Shown: positions 10,036 to 22,559, counted from the first letter of the stretch. The stretch is 64,000 nt of DNA from Chloroflexota bacterium (GCA_027623195.1 JAQBUT010000001.1:96001-160000); one strand, 5' to 3'. Numbers and translations: made by a program. The notes: a model not told the origin generated them from the letters alone.

Positions 10036-11310
10036 ATGATCCGATTACGGAACCTATCTAGATTCCTCCCGCGCCTAGACCGCGACGGCAAGATAATCAT
10101 CGTCGCTTCTGCCATCCGAACCCTGGACTACGGCTTCCTCAGTGTTTTCCTGGGGGTCTACCTTTCCCTATTGAACTTCACGGCGTTGCAGGCCGGCATG
10201 GTGTTCAGCGGCATCATGGCAGGCAGCGCGCTTTCCAACCTCCTGGCCAGTTGGCGAGGCGACGCCATCGGTCGAAGGCGGCTGTTGGTGGGCCTGTCGG
10301 TGCTGATGGTCATGGGAGGCCTGCTCTTTCCCTGGACTTCCTCCGTCTGGGTACTGATGCTGATCGGCCTGTTCGCCGTCACTACGTCGTCTGGCGGCGA
10401 TAGGACGGCCTTCATCTCCATGGACACGGCCATTCTGGCGCAGACGTGCGAGCCATCGCAAAGGACCCTGGCATTTAGCTGGTACAACCTCGTCAGCATA
10501 TTCACCAAGGCCACCGGCGCTTTGCTGGTATCCGTACCCATCCTTCTTCAAAGCTGGGCCGGGATGGAGGAGATCGCATCCTTCAAGGCCATGTTCGCCG
10601 TTTACGCCGTGTTCGCTCTATGTGGCATCGCACTCTACGGAAAACTGTCGCCCAACGTTGAGCCGCCCGCCCAATCAGTTGGGAAAAACCGCATAGGAGG
10701 AAGCAGCGCCGATAGGAAGCTCATCATCAAGATGACCGCTGTTTCGTCGTTGGACGCCTTTGGAGGCGGGTTCATAGCACGAGGCTTCATATCCTACTGG
10801 TTCGTAACCAGGTTTGGGGTGGATGTGGTTTCCGTGTCAGCCGTATTCTTCGCGGCGCAGATGCTAAACGTGGTGTCTGTGGCATTGGCGGCGCCTGTGG
10901 CTTCTCGCATCGGGCTTGTGAATACCATGGCCTGGTCCCAGGCAGTCGCCAACCTGCTATTCATTGCAATGGCATTCGCATCCAACCTGTGGATGGCCAT
11001 CCTATTCTTTTTCCTGCACGAAGTCTCCAACGAGATGGACGTACCAACCCGGCAGTCATACACCATGGCCATCGTGCCGCAGGAGTCCAGAACAGCAATG
11101 GCCACGCTGAACAACCTGGGAAGGAACGCGGCGCAGGTAATAAGTCCCACAATTGGCGGATTCGTCGCACAGGTGGCCTTCTTGGGCGCGCCGTTCTTAG
11201 CAGGGGCGGGGGTAAAGCTGGTTTACAATTACATGCTTTACAGGATGTTCAAAGAGATAAAAGCACCTGAGGAGTCGGAGGAAATTGCTAGTGAGACATC
11301 CGGTGATTAA
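10036..11310 (+). CDS. MFS transporter
   Basis: About 12 hydrophobic segments, motif A-like GDAIGRRRLL, and EMDVPTRQSYTMAIV. Confidence 0.88.
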   Translation: MIRLRNLSRFLPRLDRDGKIIIVASAIRTLDYGFLSVFLGVYLSLLNFTALQAGMVFSGIMAGSALSNLLASWRGDAIGRRRLLVGLSVLMVMGGLLFPWTSSVWVLMLIGLFAVTTSSGGDRTAFISMDTAILAQTCEPSQRTLAFSWYNLVSIFTKATGALLVSVPILLQSWAGMEEIASFKAMFAVYAVFALCGIALYGKLSPNVEPPAQSVGKNRIGGSSADRKLIIKMTAVSSLDAFGGGFIARGFISYWFVTRFGVDVVSVSAVFFAAQMLNVVSVALAAPVASRIGLVNTMAWSQAVANLLFIAMAFASNLWMAILFFFLHEVSNEMDVPTRQSYTMAIVPQESRTAMATLNNLGRNAAQVISPTIGGFVAQVAFLGAPFLAGAGVKLVYNYMLYRMFKEIKAPEESEEIASETSGD

Positions 11311-11313
11311 CGC

Positions 11314-12033
11314 CTAAGATATCTTAATCACCGGATGCTTTGGCATCGCCATCTCGAGCAGGGCGTCCAGGCCCTTCTTCGTATCGCTGGCAATCTTAGC
11401 CTTGTCTGAAGTCTTTATCCTGTACTTGAAAAGCCAGTAGGTGAACTCTTTCAACTGAGTGACGGACATGACTTCCAGGCTGTCATAACTGCCCTCTTGC
11501 CTGAACTCTTCCATCAAGGCTTCCCGGGGCTCACGATAAATCTTCTCGAATACCTCATCCGAGTAATCGCCTTCATACTGGTTGCCATTACTCAGCTTAC
11601 GCTTGTGGACCTCTCGCTCCACGGCCATCTGAAGGGCCTCCTCAACGACCACACCGTAATAGTAGTTAAGGTAACCTCTGCGCTTATGAACACCCAGTAG
11701 CTCTTTGACCTGCGAATCATCGAACGACGCTGGAAACCTACCCGTGAAAAGTAACTCTTCCATTTCGTCCGCAGGAATGAACTCGCCAACCTCTTGGCAT
11801 AGGCGCTCTGCTAACAGCAGCCAATCGAAGGCCTCTCCACCAATGAAGTAGGAAAATTGCCGGCCTCCCACAGTCTCCACGGGGACCGTCCATAACGCCA
11901 TTGACTTCAGAAGGGCGACAGGCCATTCCACACCGTCATTGAGCAGCCTCCGCAGGTGCTCAATCGGATCGATATCCGCCAAGACTTCTGTGTGCTGCTC
12001 TTCTTCGAGCAGTAGGTCATGTAAGTCTTGCAA
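11314..12033 (-). CDS. Hypothetical protein overlapping the 3' end of polX
   Basis: 239-aa ORF with native-looking composition; start overlaps the polX end by 17 nt. Confidence 0.75.
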   Translation of the reverse strand: MQDLHDLLLEEEQHTEVLADIDPIEHLRRLLNDGVEWPVALLKSMALWTVPVETVGGRQFSYFIGGEAFDWLLLAERLCQEVGEFIPADEMEELLFTGRFPASFDDSQVKELLGVHKRRGYLNYYYGVVVEEALQMAVEREVHKRKLSNGNQYEGDYSDEVFEKIYREPREALMEEFRQEGSYDSLEVMSVTQLKEFTYWLFKYRIKTSDKAKIASDTKKGLDALLEMAMPKHPVIKIS

Positions 12034-13777
12034 AGGCCTCAGTCCTCTCAGTCTTGTTCAACGCCAGGTATTCCAAGAACTGCCGCAACGGTAGCGTATT
12101 CAGAATATGTTTGCGCTCGCACCAGCCCCGGCGGGCAATCCCCACTCCGTAGCGAGTGTTGTTCAGGCCCTCGGTAGTATGTGCGTCCGTGCTAATTACT
12201 AGCGGCACGCCCAACTCCCGGGCCCGATACACGTGCGCATCCTTAAGGTCCATCCGCTCCGGCGAAGCGTTAATCTCCAGCGCCGTGCCGGTCTCGGCCG
12301 CCGCCTTGAATATGGCCTCGAAATCTGCCTCGATGGGCTGCCTTTCGCCGACCAGTCTGGTGGTCAGGTGACCTATGACATCCACATGAGGATTGTGCAT
12401 GGCTTTGATAATGCGTTCCGTCATAATCTGAGAGTCCTGGCCCATAGCAGAATGTACCGAGGCCACAACCCAATCTAATTTTTCCAGGATATCATCGGAA
12501 TAGTCTAGGGAGCCATCGGCGCGAATATCCATTTCTGTGCCGGTGAATAACCTGATGCCACCAATGCTCTGTTCCAGCTCTCTGACCAGAGCCACGTGGT
12601 TTTCCAAGCGTTCAGGACTTAGGCCATTGGCTATTCCGCGCCCAACGGAGTGGTCCGTGATCGCCAGATATTCCAGGCCACGCTCTTTAGCGGACAGGAT
12701 CATGGTCTCCATTGGGTCCCGACCGTCGCTCCAGTCTGTATGGTCGTGCAGATCGCCCCTGATATCGCTTATCTCCACCAAGGTAGGAATACGATTCTCC
12801 CGCGCCGCCTGTACCTCCCAGACGCCTTGGCGTAGCTCAGGCGGGACGTAAACCATGCCCAGCCTCTGGTATATGCCTTCCTCGTCGGAGAACATCTCCA
12901 GCTCGCCCGTTTCCTTGTCAGTCAGCCCATACTCATTAAGAGACAAGCCCAAATCGTTGGCCCTATCCCTTAGTTGAATATTGTGTTGCAGATTGCCTGA
13001 GAAGTATTGAAGCAAAGCGCCGAAATGGCTGTCCTCGACTACTCGCAGGTCTATCTGGATTCCATCGCTGAGGTAAACCGACGCCTTGGTGTCGCCGTGA
13101 CCCAACACGTCTGCGACGTTAGGCATGGCAACCAGCGCGTCCAACACCAACTTGGGCTCGTCGGCAGTACATAGCATGTCTATGTCGCCAACGGTCTCCT
13201 CCATGCGGCGTACGCTTCCGGCGATGGTCAGGTTGCGCACATCAGGGCACTTCTCTTTAATTGCGGCCATAACGCGCTCTGCAATTGGCATGGCCCGAGC
13301 CATCGGCATTCGTTGGCCCTTGGTCCTCTGGAACTGCAACTGCTTTGCAATATTATCGGCTGTCTTCTGACCCAAGCGGGGCAGGGAAGCCAGGCTTCCG
13401 TCCTCAATAGCCCTTTCCAGGTCAGCGACGTTGGTGACGTCCAGCTCTTGCCAGAGTCTGCGAACAGTTTTGGGACCCAACCCCGGAATCTGCATTACAT
13501 CCAGGATTCCTTCCGGGAACTCAGCCTTGAGCCTGTCAAAGTAGACCAGGCCGTCGGTGGTGACCATTTCAATTATTTTTTCTGATATAGCCTTTCCTAT
13601 GCCGGGTATTTCCTGAAGGTCTTGCCCTTCGCGAACCATATGATCCAACTCGGTGGGAAGACGCTCGATAGTCCGCGCAGCCTTCTGGTAGGCGCGAATG
13701 GTGAATACCTTCTCGCCTTTCATCTCCAGAAGATCGCCTATGATCTCGAATTTCTCTGCTATCTGCGCATTATTCAT
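12017..13777 (-). CDS. polX: DNA polymerase/3'-5' exonuclease PolX (PolX core plus PHP domain)
   Basis: HhH motifs IPGIG and IPGLGPK, AGSVRR..ETVGDID, IDLRVV; PHP motifs DLHDHTDWSDG, TDHS, STDAH. Confidence 0.95.
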   Translation of the reverse strand: MNNAQIAEKFEIIGDLLEMKGEKVFTIRAYQKAARTIERLPTELDHMVREGQDLQEIPGIGKAISEKIIEMVTTDGLVYFDRLKAEFPEGILDVMQIPGLGPKTVRRLWQELDVTNVADLERAIEDGSLASLPRLGQKTADNIAKQLQFQRTKGQRMPMARAMPIAERVMAAIKEKCPDVRNLTIAGSVRRMEETVGDIDMLCTADEPKLVLDALVAMPNVADVLGHGDTKASVYLSDGIQIDLRVVEDSHFGALLQYFSGNLQHNIQLRDRANDLGLSLNEYGLTDKETGELEMFSDEEGIYQRLGMVYVPPELRQGVWEVQAARENRIPTLVEISDIRGDLHDHTDWSDGRDPMETMILSAKERGLEYLAITDHSVGRGIANGLSPERLENHVALVRELEQSIGGIRLFTGTEMDIRADGSLDYSDDILEKLDWVVASVHSAMGQDSQIMTERIIKAMHNPHVDVIGHLTTRLVGERQPIEADFEAIFKAAAETGTALEINASPERMDLKDAHVYRARELGVPLVISTDAHTTEGLNNTRYGVGIARRGWCERKHILNTLPLRQFLEYLALNKTERTEAFARLT

Positions 13778-13998
13778 GGTTTTCAGATTTGCACTACGGG
13801 CCGAACTGGCTTGAATTCTCCCTAGTTGGCCGATGAGTCTGTGTTTGCGAACGATTCGTTCGGATTTTCACGGCGAGCCGCACATTTTCGAGATGGTCTG
13901 AACTGGCTGCTGTGTCATTTTGACGTCAGATATCGCTGGATTATAGCCCAGGGCCACACACTGTAGGCGTGGCTTTTATCGGCCAACGGATGAAAACC

Positions 13999-16656
<2,658 letters not shown>

Positions 16657-16947
16657 CGGATTCCGTCTCCGTTAGAGAAGTAATCAGGCAGCCCCTCGGT
16701 GAAGCCCGCCTGTCGCAGTAGTATTTTATTTGGGCCGAAGCCCCATACAGTTATACATTATAACCCAAAGGTAAATACTGACCATGCCGGGGAATTCCAA
16801 ACGGGGCGCGAGTCAAGGACGTAATGCAAAGGAGTTGAATTACACGTCGCCTGGAGGAAAAGACAGAGGAAATATCACAGAATGCGATAGAAATTATGAA
16901 GCGAAACCGCGTTATCGGATGATGTCAGTCGGGGTCAGATTCGCTAC

Positions 16948-17928
16948 CTAATGGACATCGTTGAACATGGCACCTACGGACTCACCGCTGTGAATTCGCC
17001 CTATGGCCTCACCAAGAATGGAAGCCACAGATATGGCACTGATATTGGTCCCCATTCTGTCGCTTGGAACTGGCAGGGTATCGGTCACGACTATCTCCTT
17101 GACGGAACCGTCGTCCAGCACCTCCGTAGCCCTACCTGACAGCACAGGGTGTGTGACGTAACAGTAGATATCTTTAACACCGTGCCTCATTAACGTCTCA
17201 GCCGTAGCAATTACCGTGCCGCCCGTGCCAATCTCGTCGTCCACAATCAACGCGGTCTTGCCATTGACGTCGCCAATAAGGTTGGAGGATTCGATCTGCT
17301 CCATGTTGTTCCTCGTGCGAACCTTTTCAACAATGGCGAGAGGGGCCTTCAATATGTTGGCTGTGCTGCGGGCGCGTTTGGCGTCACCTGCGTCTGTGGC
17401 CACCACCACTACATTTTCGTTCAACCCTTTGCCCTGAAAGTGGCGAGCCAGCATAGATACCGCCGTCAACTCGTCCACAGGGATGTTAAAGAAGCCCTGT
17501 ATTTGCCCGGCATGCAGATCTATAGTCATGACTCTGTTTGCGCCGGCGGTCTCAATGAGGTTGGCCAGTAGCCTGGCAGTGATAGGAACTCGCGGTTGGT
17601 CTTTCTTGTCGCTGCGCCCGTAGCCATAGTAGGGGATCACTGCCGTGATTCGCCCGGCAGAGGCCCGCTTCGCAGCATCAATCATGATTAACAGCTCCAT
17701 AATGCTGTCGTTCACAGGAACGGCACAGGACTGAACCAGGTACACGTCTCGCTCTCGAACGTTTTCGAGGATTCTCACGAAGGTGTTGTCGTTGCTGAAC
17801 TTAAACACATCGCAGGCACCGAGCGCTATGTTCAGATGTGAGCAAATGTCCTTCGCCAACTGCGGGTGGGCGTTTCCTGTAAATACTTTGAGGTCTTCAG
17901 ACACCGGCATGGCATTAATCCTTGTCAT
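16948..17928 (-). CDS. prs: Ribose-phosphate pyrophosphokinase
   Basis: YYGYGRSDKK, DLHAGQIQGFF, IVDDEIGTGGT, THPVLSG. Confidence 0.95.
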   Translation of the reverse strand: MTRINAMPVSEDLKVFTGNAHPQLAKDICSHLNIALGACDVFKFSNDNTFVRILENVRERDVYLVQSCAVPVNDSIMELLIMIDAAKRASAGRITAVIPYYGYGRSDKKDQPRVPITARLLANLIETAGANRVMTIDLHAGQIQGFFNIPVDELTAVSMLARHFQGKGLNENVVVVATDAGDAKRARSTANILKAPLAIVEKVRTRNNMEQIESSNLIGDVNGKTALIVDDEIGTGGTVIATAETLMRHGVKDIYCYVTHPVLSGRATEVLDDGSVKEIVVTDTLPVPSDRMGTNISAISVASILGEAIGRIHSGESVGAMFNDVH

Positions 17929-18148
17929 TCGCTGTAAAAGACATTCGCTATCACGCGCGCTCTAGTCCCCGTTTGAATCTGCGACGGACGGCCTCGCCAC
18001 AGTCACAGACCAGATTGCGGAGCGCGGGGATTATAGCACAAGGTCTGCCCTAGACCAATTCGAGCCTGCGCCTCCAGCATGGCCAATTGATGAAACACAC
18101 CCGTATAATTCACCAGTATCCTAATTCTCCAATAAACCGAGGACAGAT

Positions 18149-19402
18149 TTGCAAAGCGACCAGGCATCGGATATTCCAGAGAGGCCAAAGCTAAGGCTAA
18201 TAGAGCCTCAATTAATTCATTACCAGGGTGGAGAGTATATTTACCTGCGAGACCCTCTGGGCATGGCACCGGAATCTGTGCTCATACCCCAACAGCTTCT
18301 GCCGCTTCTGACGATGTGCGACGGGACTAGGGATATCCCCAGTCTTCAATCAGCGTTTATGCTGCGCACCGGCGCTCAACTGAACGACGAGGCAATGCGG
18401 GACATAATGTTGCAATTGGATGCGGCGTTTCTACTGGAGAACGGGGCGTACCGAGCAGCCGTTCAGCATAAGCTTCAGGACTATCGGCAGGCGGACCACC
18501 GACGGGCCTCTCATGCCGACCTCGTCTACCCAGCGGAACCTGAGGAACTGGCCTCCACCTTCGCTGACTACGTGGCCAAGATTCCTGAGACAGACGAAGC
18601 GAATGCGATACCCGGCGACCTTGTGGGCATGCTGTGCCCTCACATCGACTACGCTCGCGGACATAAGACGTATGCGGAGTTGTGGGAGCGGGCCAAGCCC
18701 TCTCTGGAAGACGCAGAGCTGGTTATCATCCTGGGAACGGACCACTCCGGCGGCCTGGGCATGATTACGCCGACCCGCCAGAACTACTCCACGCCCCACG
18801 GCCTGCTGCCCACAGACACAGATATAGTGGACGGGTTGGCGGACGTCCTGGGTCAGGATCGCGCTTACCAGGAAGAGATACACCACCTGAACGAACACTC
18901 CATAGAGTTGGCGTCTGTCTGGCTACACCACTATATGGGCAGAGCTTGCCCGGTGGTCCCGGTGCTGTGCGGCTCCTTTCACCACTACATGGTGGGACCA
19001 GGATACCCCGATGAGGCACAGCACATTGCGGACGCCATCGATTACCTGAAGGAAATCACCCAGGAGCGCCGGACTCTGGTCATCGCAGCCGGCGACCTTG
19101 CCCACGTGGGGCCGGCATTCGGAGACCCTCAGCCCATCGACCCCATTGCCCGCGCCAAGCTCACGGCAGACGACGGCGCATCGTTGGAAGACTTCTGTAG
19201 AGGGGATGCACAGGCCTTCCTGGAGCGTTCCCGCAGAGAGACAGACTCACGGCGTATATGCGGGCTGTCGCCAATTTACCTGACTCTAAAGCTTGTGGGG
19301 GATGGCGTGACAGGCGAGTCCATGGGCTACGACCAGTGTCCGGCCGATGCCGACGGCGGTTCCCTGGTGTCCATTGCAGGGGCGCTGCTTTACAAGTCCT
19401 AG
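18149..19402 (+). CDS. MEMO1-family protein (AmmeMemoRadiSam protein B) with an N-terminal extension
   Basis: PHIDY, GTDH, EHSIE, AGDLAHVG, ICGLSP motifs; extra N-terminal domain of about 110 aa. Confidence 0.88.
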   Translation: MQSDQASDIPERPKLRLIEPQLIHYQGGEYIYLRDPLGMAPESVLIPQQLLPLLTMCDGTRDIPSLQSAFMLRTGAQLNDEAMRDIMLQLDAAFLLENGAYRAAVQHKLQDYRQADHRRASHADLVYPAEPEELASTFADYVAKIPETDEANAIPGDLVGMLCPHIDYARGHKTYAELWERAKPSLEDAELVIILGTDHSGGLGMITPTRQNYSTPHGLLPTDTDIVDGLADVLGQDRAYQEEIHHLNEHSIELASVWLHHYMGRACPVVPVLCGSFHHYMVGPGYPDEAQHIADAIDYLKEITQERRTLVIAAGDLAHVGPAFGDPQPIDPIARAKLTADDGASLEDFCRGDAQAFLERSRRETDSRRICGLSPIYLTLKLVGDGVTGESMGYDQCPADADGGSLVSIAGALLYKS

Positions 19403-19457
19403 AGGCCTTTAGGCGAATTAACAACATTCTCGTAAGTTGAGGCTTTAGAGGTAGTAT

Positions 19458-19521
19458 CCATCCACAGGCTCAGGGCGAATGAAACTTCAGTGATACGTTC
19501 GTGGTGGGCTTGTCGAACCAC
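19458..19521. repeat. Degenerate REP-like inverted repeat
   Basis: acaggctcagggcgaatg ... cgttcgtggtgggcttgtcgaaccac forms an imperfect inverted pair; resembles the tcgacaggctcag / tgagcttgtcgaa repeat type recalled from Chloroflexota. Confidence 0.55.
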
Positions 19522-19584
19522 AGCTATTCCAAAACGTAGTAATCCAGATGGTTTTTTGATTATCAGTGAAAAAGGAGGCTCTTC

Positions 19585-20613
19585 ATGCGAGGCGTGGTAT
19601 TCACAGGCGATAGCAAACTCGAGATAAAAGAGTTCCCAGACCCTACACCAGGTCCAGGCCAGGTCGTGGTAAAAATGCGATCTTCAGGCCTGTGCGGCAG
19701 CGACCTTAGGCCGTACCGTTCTTCCGCCGAGCAGCTTGGCGCACGAACGCAAATCATCTCCGGGCACGAGCCCTGCGGCGAGGTTATGGAGCTTGGGCAG
19801 GATGTGACCAACGTTAAAGTCGGCGACAGGATCATGGTCCACCACTACAGCGGCTGCCAAAAGTGCGAGTTCTGCCGTACCGGATGGACACAGCTTTGCC
19901 AGAGCAGCTACCAAAAGGTCTACGGCTCCGGGGCTCATGGGGGCAACGCCGACTACGAACTGATCGAGTCCTACATGTGCGTTCCCCTACACGAAGGCGT
20001 TAGCTTTGAGGAGGGCGCTGCCATTGCCTGCGGCACGGGAACTGCTTACCAGGCTCTGCGCCGGTTGGACGTATCCGGTCGCGATGTCTTGGCCGTCTTC
20101 GGACAAGGCCCAGTCGGTCTCAGCGGGACCTTTCTCGGGGCGCACATGGGCGCTCGCGTCATAGCCGTGGACCCGGTGCCGGAGCGCCGCAAGCTAGCCG
20201 AGGAGTCCGGCGCGTGGAAGTCTATCGACCCCAACGCTGTCAACCCCGTAGAGGCTATTTACGAGATGACAGGCGGTCGAGGCGCAGATGCCACGCTGGA
20301 CGCCACTGGCATCGGCGAGGTGCGCGCCAACGCCATACGCAGCACGCGTATCTGGGGTAGGGCCTGCCTGGTAGGCGAGGGCGGCACAATGAACCTCGAG
20401 CCGTCGCCTGACATTATCCATCGCCAGCTTAACCTTTTCGGCTCATGGACCTTCAGCACGGTTATCCTGGGCGAGCTAGCCAACTGGATTGTCGAGCGAG
20501 ACATTCCCCTGGACAGCATAATCACCCAGCGGTTCACCCTGGACAAGGCCAAGGAGGCCTACGAATTGTTTAACGGCGGCACAACAGGCAAAGTTGTAAT
20601 CAACTGGGATTAG
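19585..20613 (+). CDS. Zinc-binding alcohol dehydrogenase (MDR family)
   Basis: CGSD, GHE, CQKCEFC...C, GQGPVG. Confidence 0.9.
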   Translation: MRGVVFTGDSKLEIKEFPDPTPGPGQVVVKMRSSGLCGSDLRPYRSSAEQLGARTQIISGHEPCGEVMELGQDVTNVKVGDRIMVHHYSGCQKCEFCRTGWTQLCQSSYQKVYGSGAHGGNADYELIESYMCVPLHEGVSFEEGAAIACGTGTAYQALRRLDVSGRDVLAVFGQGPVGLSGTFLGAHMGARVIAVDPVPERRKLAEESGAWKSIDPNAVNPVEAIYEMTGGRGADATLDATGIGEVRANAIRSTRIWGRACLVGEGGTMNLEPSPDIIHRQLNLFGSWTFSTVILGELANWIVERDIPLDSIITQRFTLDKAKEAYELFNGGTTGKVVINWD

Positions 20614-20657
20614 TTTTTCGTCCAAACATCCCGTCGTGGTGGAGCAGATAAGAGCCA

Positions 20658-20696
20658 AAGAGGCTTTCACTGAATATAGTGAAGGCCTCTTCTTTT
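20658..20696 (+). terminator. Rho-independent terminator
   Basis: aagaggctttcact-gaatat-agtgaaggcctctt followed by ctttt. Confidence 0.7.
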
Positions 20697-20877
20697 CACC
20701 CTGTTACTCAAATTTGAAAATTCCAGTTACTCACAGGAAATCTCACATCGCCCAATATCCAGACCCTGTGCTACAATCCCGTAGGCCATTTCGGTCTTGA
20801 ATTCTTGACGGCTCCACGCCAACTTTGCAGTGCAAATTAGGCGCTACCGGAGCCAATGTTTGTCGGAGGTTGAGTGC

Positions 20878-22500
20878 ATGCGACCCATAGCGGATGTAGC
20901 AGCGGACCTGGGCCTTAGTCCCGGTACCATCATTCCTTACGGTCATTACAAGGCGAAGATTCCCCTGGAGGCCATTAAAGAAAACGGCCACCGAGGCAAG
21001 CTGATAGTCGTCACAGGCATAACGCCCACACCCGCCGGCGAAGGCAAAACGACGACGACGGTTGGTATGACCCAAGGCTTTGGCATCCTGGGCAAGAACG
21101 TCGTGGCCACGCTACGAGAACCCTCTCTTGGACCTATATTCGGGATAAAGGGCGGCGGCAGCGGCGGCGGCAAGGCGTTGATCGAACCAGACGATGAGGT
21201 CAACATCCACTTCACAGGCGACGCGCATGCGGTGGGCTCAGCTCACAACCTGCTGGCGGCGCTAACGGACAACGTGGCTCAGCGCGGAACCATATCAGGT
21301 TTTAGTTCCACAGGCATCACCTGGCGTCGAGTAACGGACATCGAGGACCGTGCGCTCCGATCCGTTGTCACGGGCGTGGGCGGCTCCAACAACGCGCCCA
21401 TGCGAGAGACTGGATTCGACATCGTAACGGCTTCGGAGATTATGGCAGTGCTAGCGTTATGCACGGGCCTGGAAAACTTGCGAGAGCGTCTCAGTCGAAT
21501 CGTTGTTGGCTTCACCGAAAGCGGCCAGCCCGTAACGGCAGAAGACGTCGACGCAGTAGGCTCCATGATGGCGCTACTGCGATATGCCATCCAACCCAAC
21601 ATGGTGCAGACCACGGAAGGGCAGCCGGTAATAATCCACGCCGGTCCCTTCGGCAACATTGCCCACGGCTGCAGTTCGGTATTGGGGGACAAGGTAGCAC
21701 TGAGCTACGCTGACTACGTCCTGACTGAGGCCGGTTTCGGTGCAGACCTCGGCTTCGAAAAGTTCATGCACATCAAAGCGCGCTTCAGCGGCCTGGAGCC
21801 CAGTGGAGCGGTTATCGTGGCATCCATACGCGCCCTGAAATCCCACGGCGGCGTGCGGCGCAGCGATCTGGCAACGCCTAACGAGGATGCCGTCCGAAAG
21901 GGCTTGGCAAATCTTGAGCATCTGATAGGCGTCATAAAAGGCTTCGGTCTGCCGGTGGTGGTCGCCATGAACAAGTTCCCCACGGACACGCAAGATGAAT
22001 TGGCCATCGTGAAGCAGCGCTGCCAGGAGGCAGGGGCATTCGCGGCGGTGGAGAGTCGTGTGTTCACGGAAGGCGGCGCGGGCGGCGTTGAGTTGGCCGA
22101 GGCTGTCATAGCGGCAACGCAGGGCGACGACCCCAAAATTACGTATGCCTATCCCGAGGACGCGTCTATTGAGGACAAGGTTCTTGCCATTGCCAAGACG
22201 GTCTACAACGCAAGAGATGTGTCGTGGGCGCCAGCAGCACGCAGGCAGCTTCGGCGCTACGAGGAGCTTGGCTGGGGCAGCATGCCGGTCTGCATGGCAA
22301 AAACGCACCTGTCGATCTCACACAACCCTCGCTTGAGGGGCAGGCCTTCCGACTACACCTTCGAGGTATCGGACGTCAGGGCATCAGTTGGCGCAGGCTT
22401 CATCTACCCCATAGCAGGAAGTATAATGACTATGCCGGGCCTGCCGGGTTCCCCCCGAGCCCTGGACGTGGACGACAAGGGCAATATCCTGGGGCTTTAG
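20878..22500 (+). CDS. fhs: Formate--tetrahydrofolate ligase
   Basis: TPTPAGEGKTTT, LREPSLGP, HFTGD, GPFGNIAHG, TEAGFGADLGFEKF, MPGLP. Start trimmed to ATG 20878, which follows GGAGG. Confidence 0.95.
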   Translation: MRPIADVAADLGLSPGTIIPYGHYKAKIPLEAIKENGHRGKLIVVTGITPTPAGEGKTTTTVGMTQGFGILGKNVVATLREPSLGPIFGIKGGGSGGGKALIEPDDEVNIHFTGDAHAVGSAHNLLAALTDNVAQRGTISGFSSTGITWRRVTDIEDRALRSVVTGVGGSNNAPMRETGFDIVTASEIMAVLALCTGLENLRERLSRIVVGFTESGQPVTAEDVDAVGSMMALLRYAIQPNMVQTTEGQPVIIHAGPFGNIAHGCSSVLGDKVALSYADYVLTEAGFGADLGFEKFMHIKARFSGLEPSGAVIVASIRALKSHGGVRRSDLATPNEDAVRKGLANLEHLIGVIKGFGLPVVVAMNKFPTDTQDELAIVKQRCQEAGAFAAVESRVFTEGGAGGVELAEAVIAATQGDDPKITYAYPEDASIEDKVLAIAKTVYNARDVSWAPAARRQLRRYEELGWGSMPVCMAKTHLSISHNPRLRGRPSDYTFEVSDVRASVGAGFIYPIAGSIMTMPGLPGSPRALDVDDKGNILGL

Positions 22501-22528
22501 TGCTCCTGGGATCTACAACCCGAAATTT

Positions 22529-22559
22529 AGAAAGGGCGCGGTTTTTCCGCGCCCTTTCT
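22529..22559 (+). terminator. Terminator-like hairpin after fhs
   Basis: agaaagggcgcgg-ttttt-ccgcgccctttct, a perfect 13-bp stem. Confidence 0.75.

Noticed and set aside
13778..13918. ATG-initiated upstream extension in frame with polX through one TGA (MTQQPVQTISKMCGSP*KSERIV...), a possible selenocysteine readthrough
   Set aside because: No CxxU/UxxC motif, no clear SECIS-like hairpin, and polX already begins at its normal MNNAQIA start. Probably chance.
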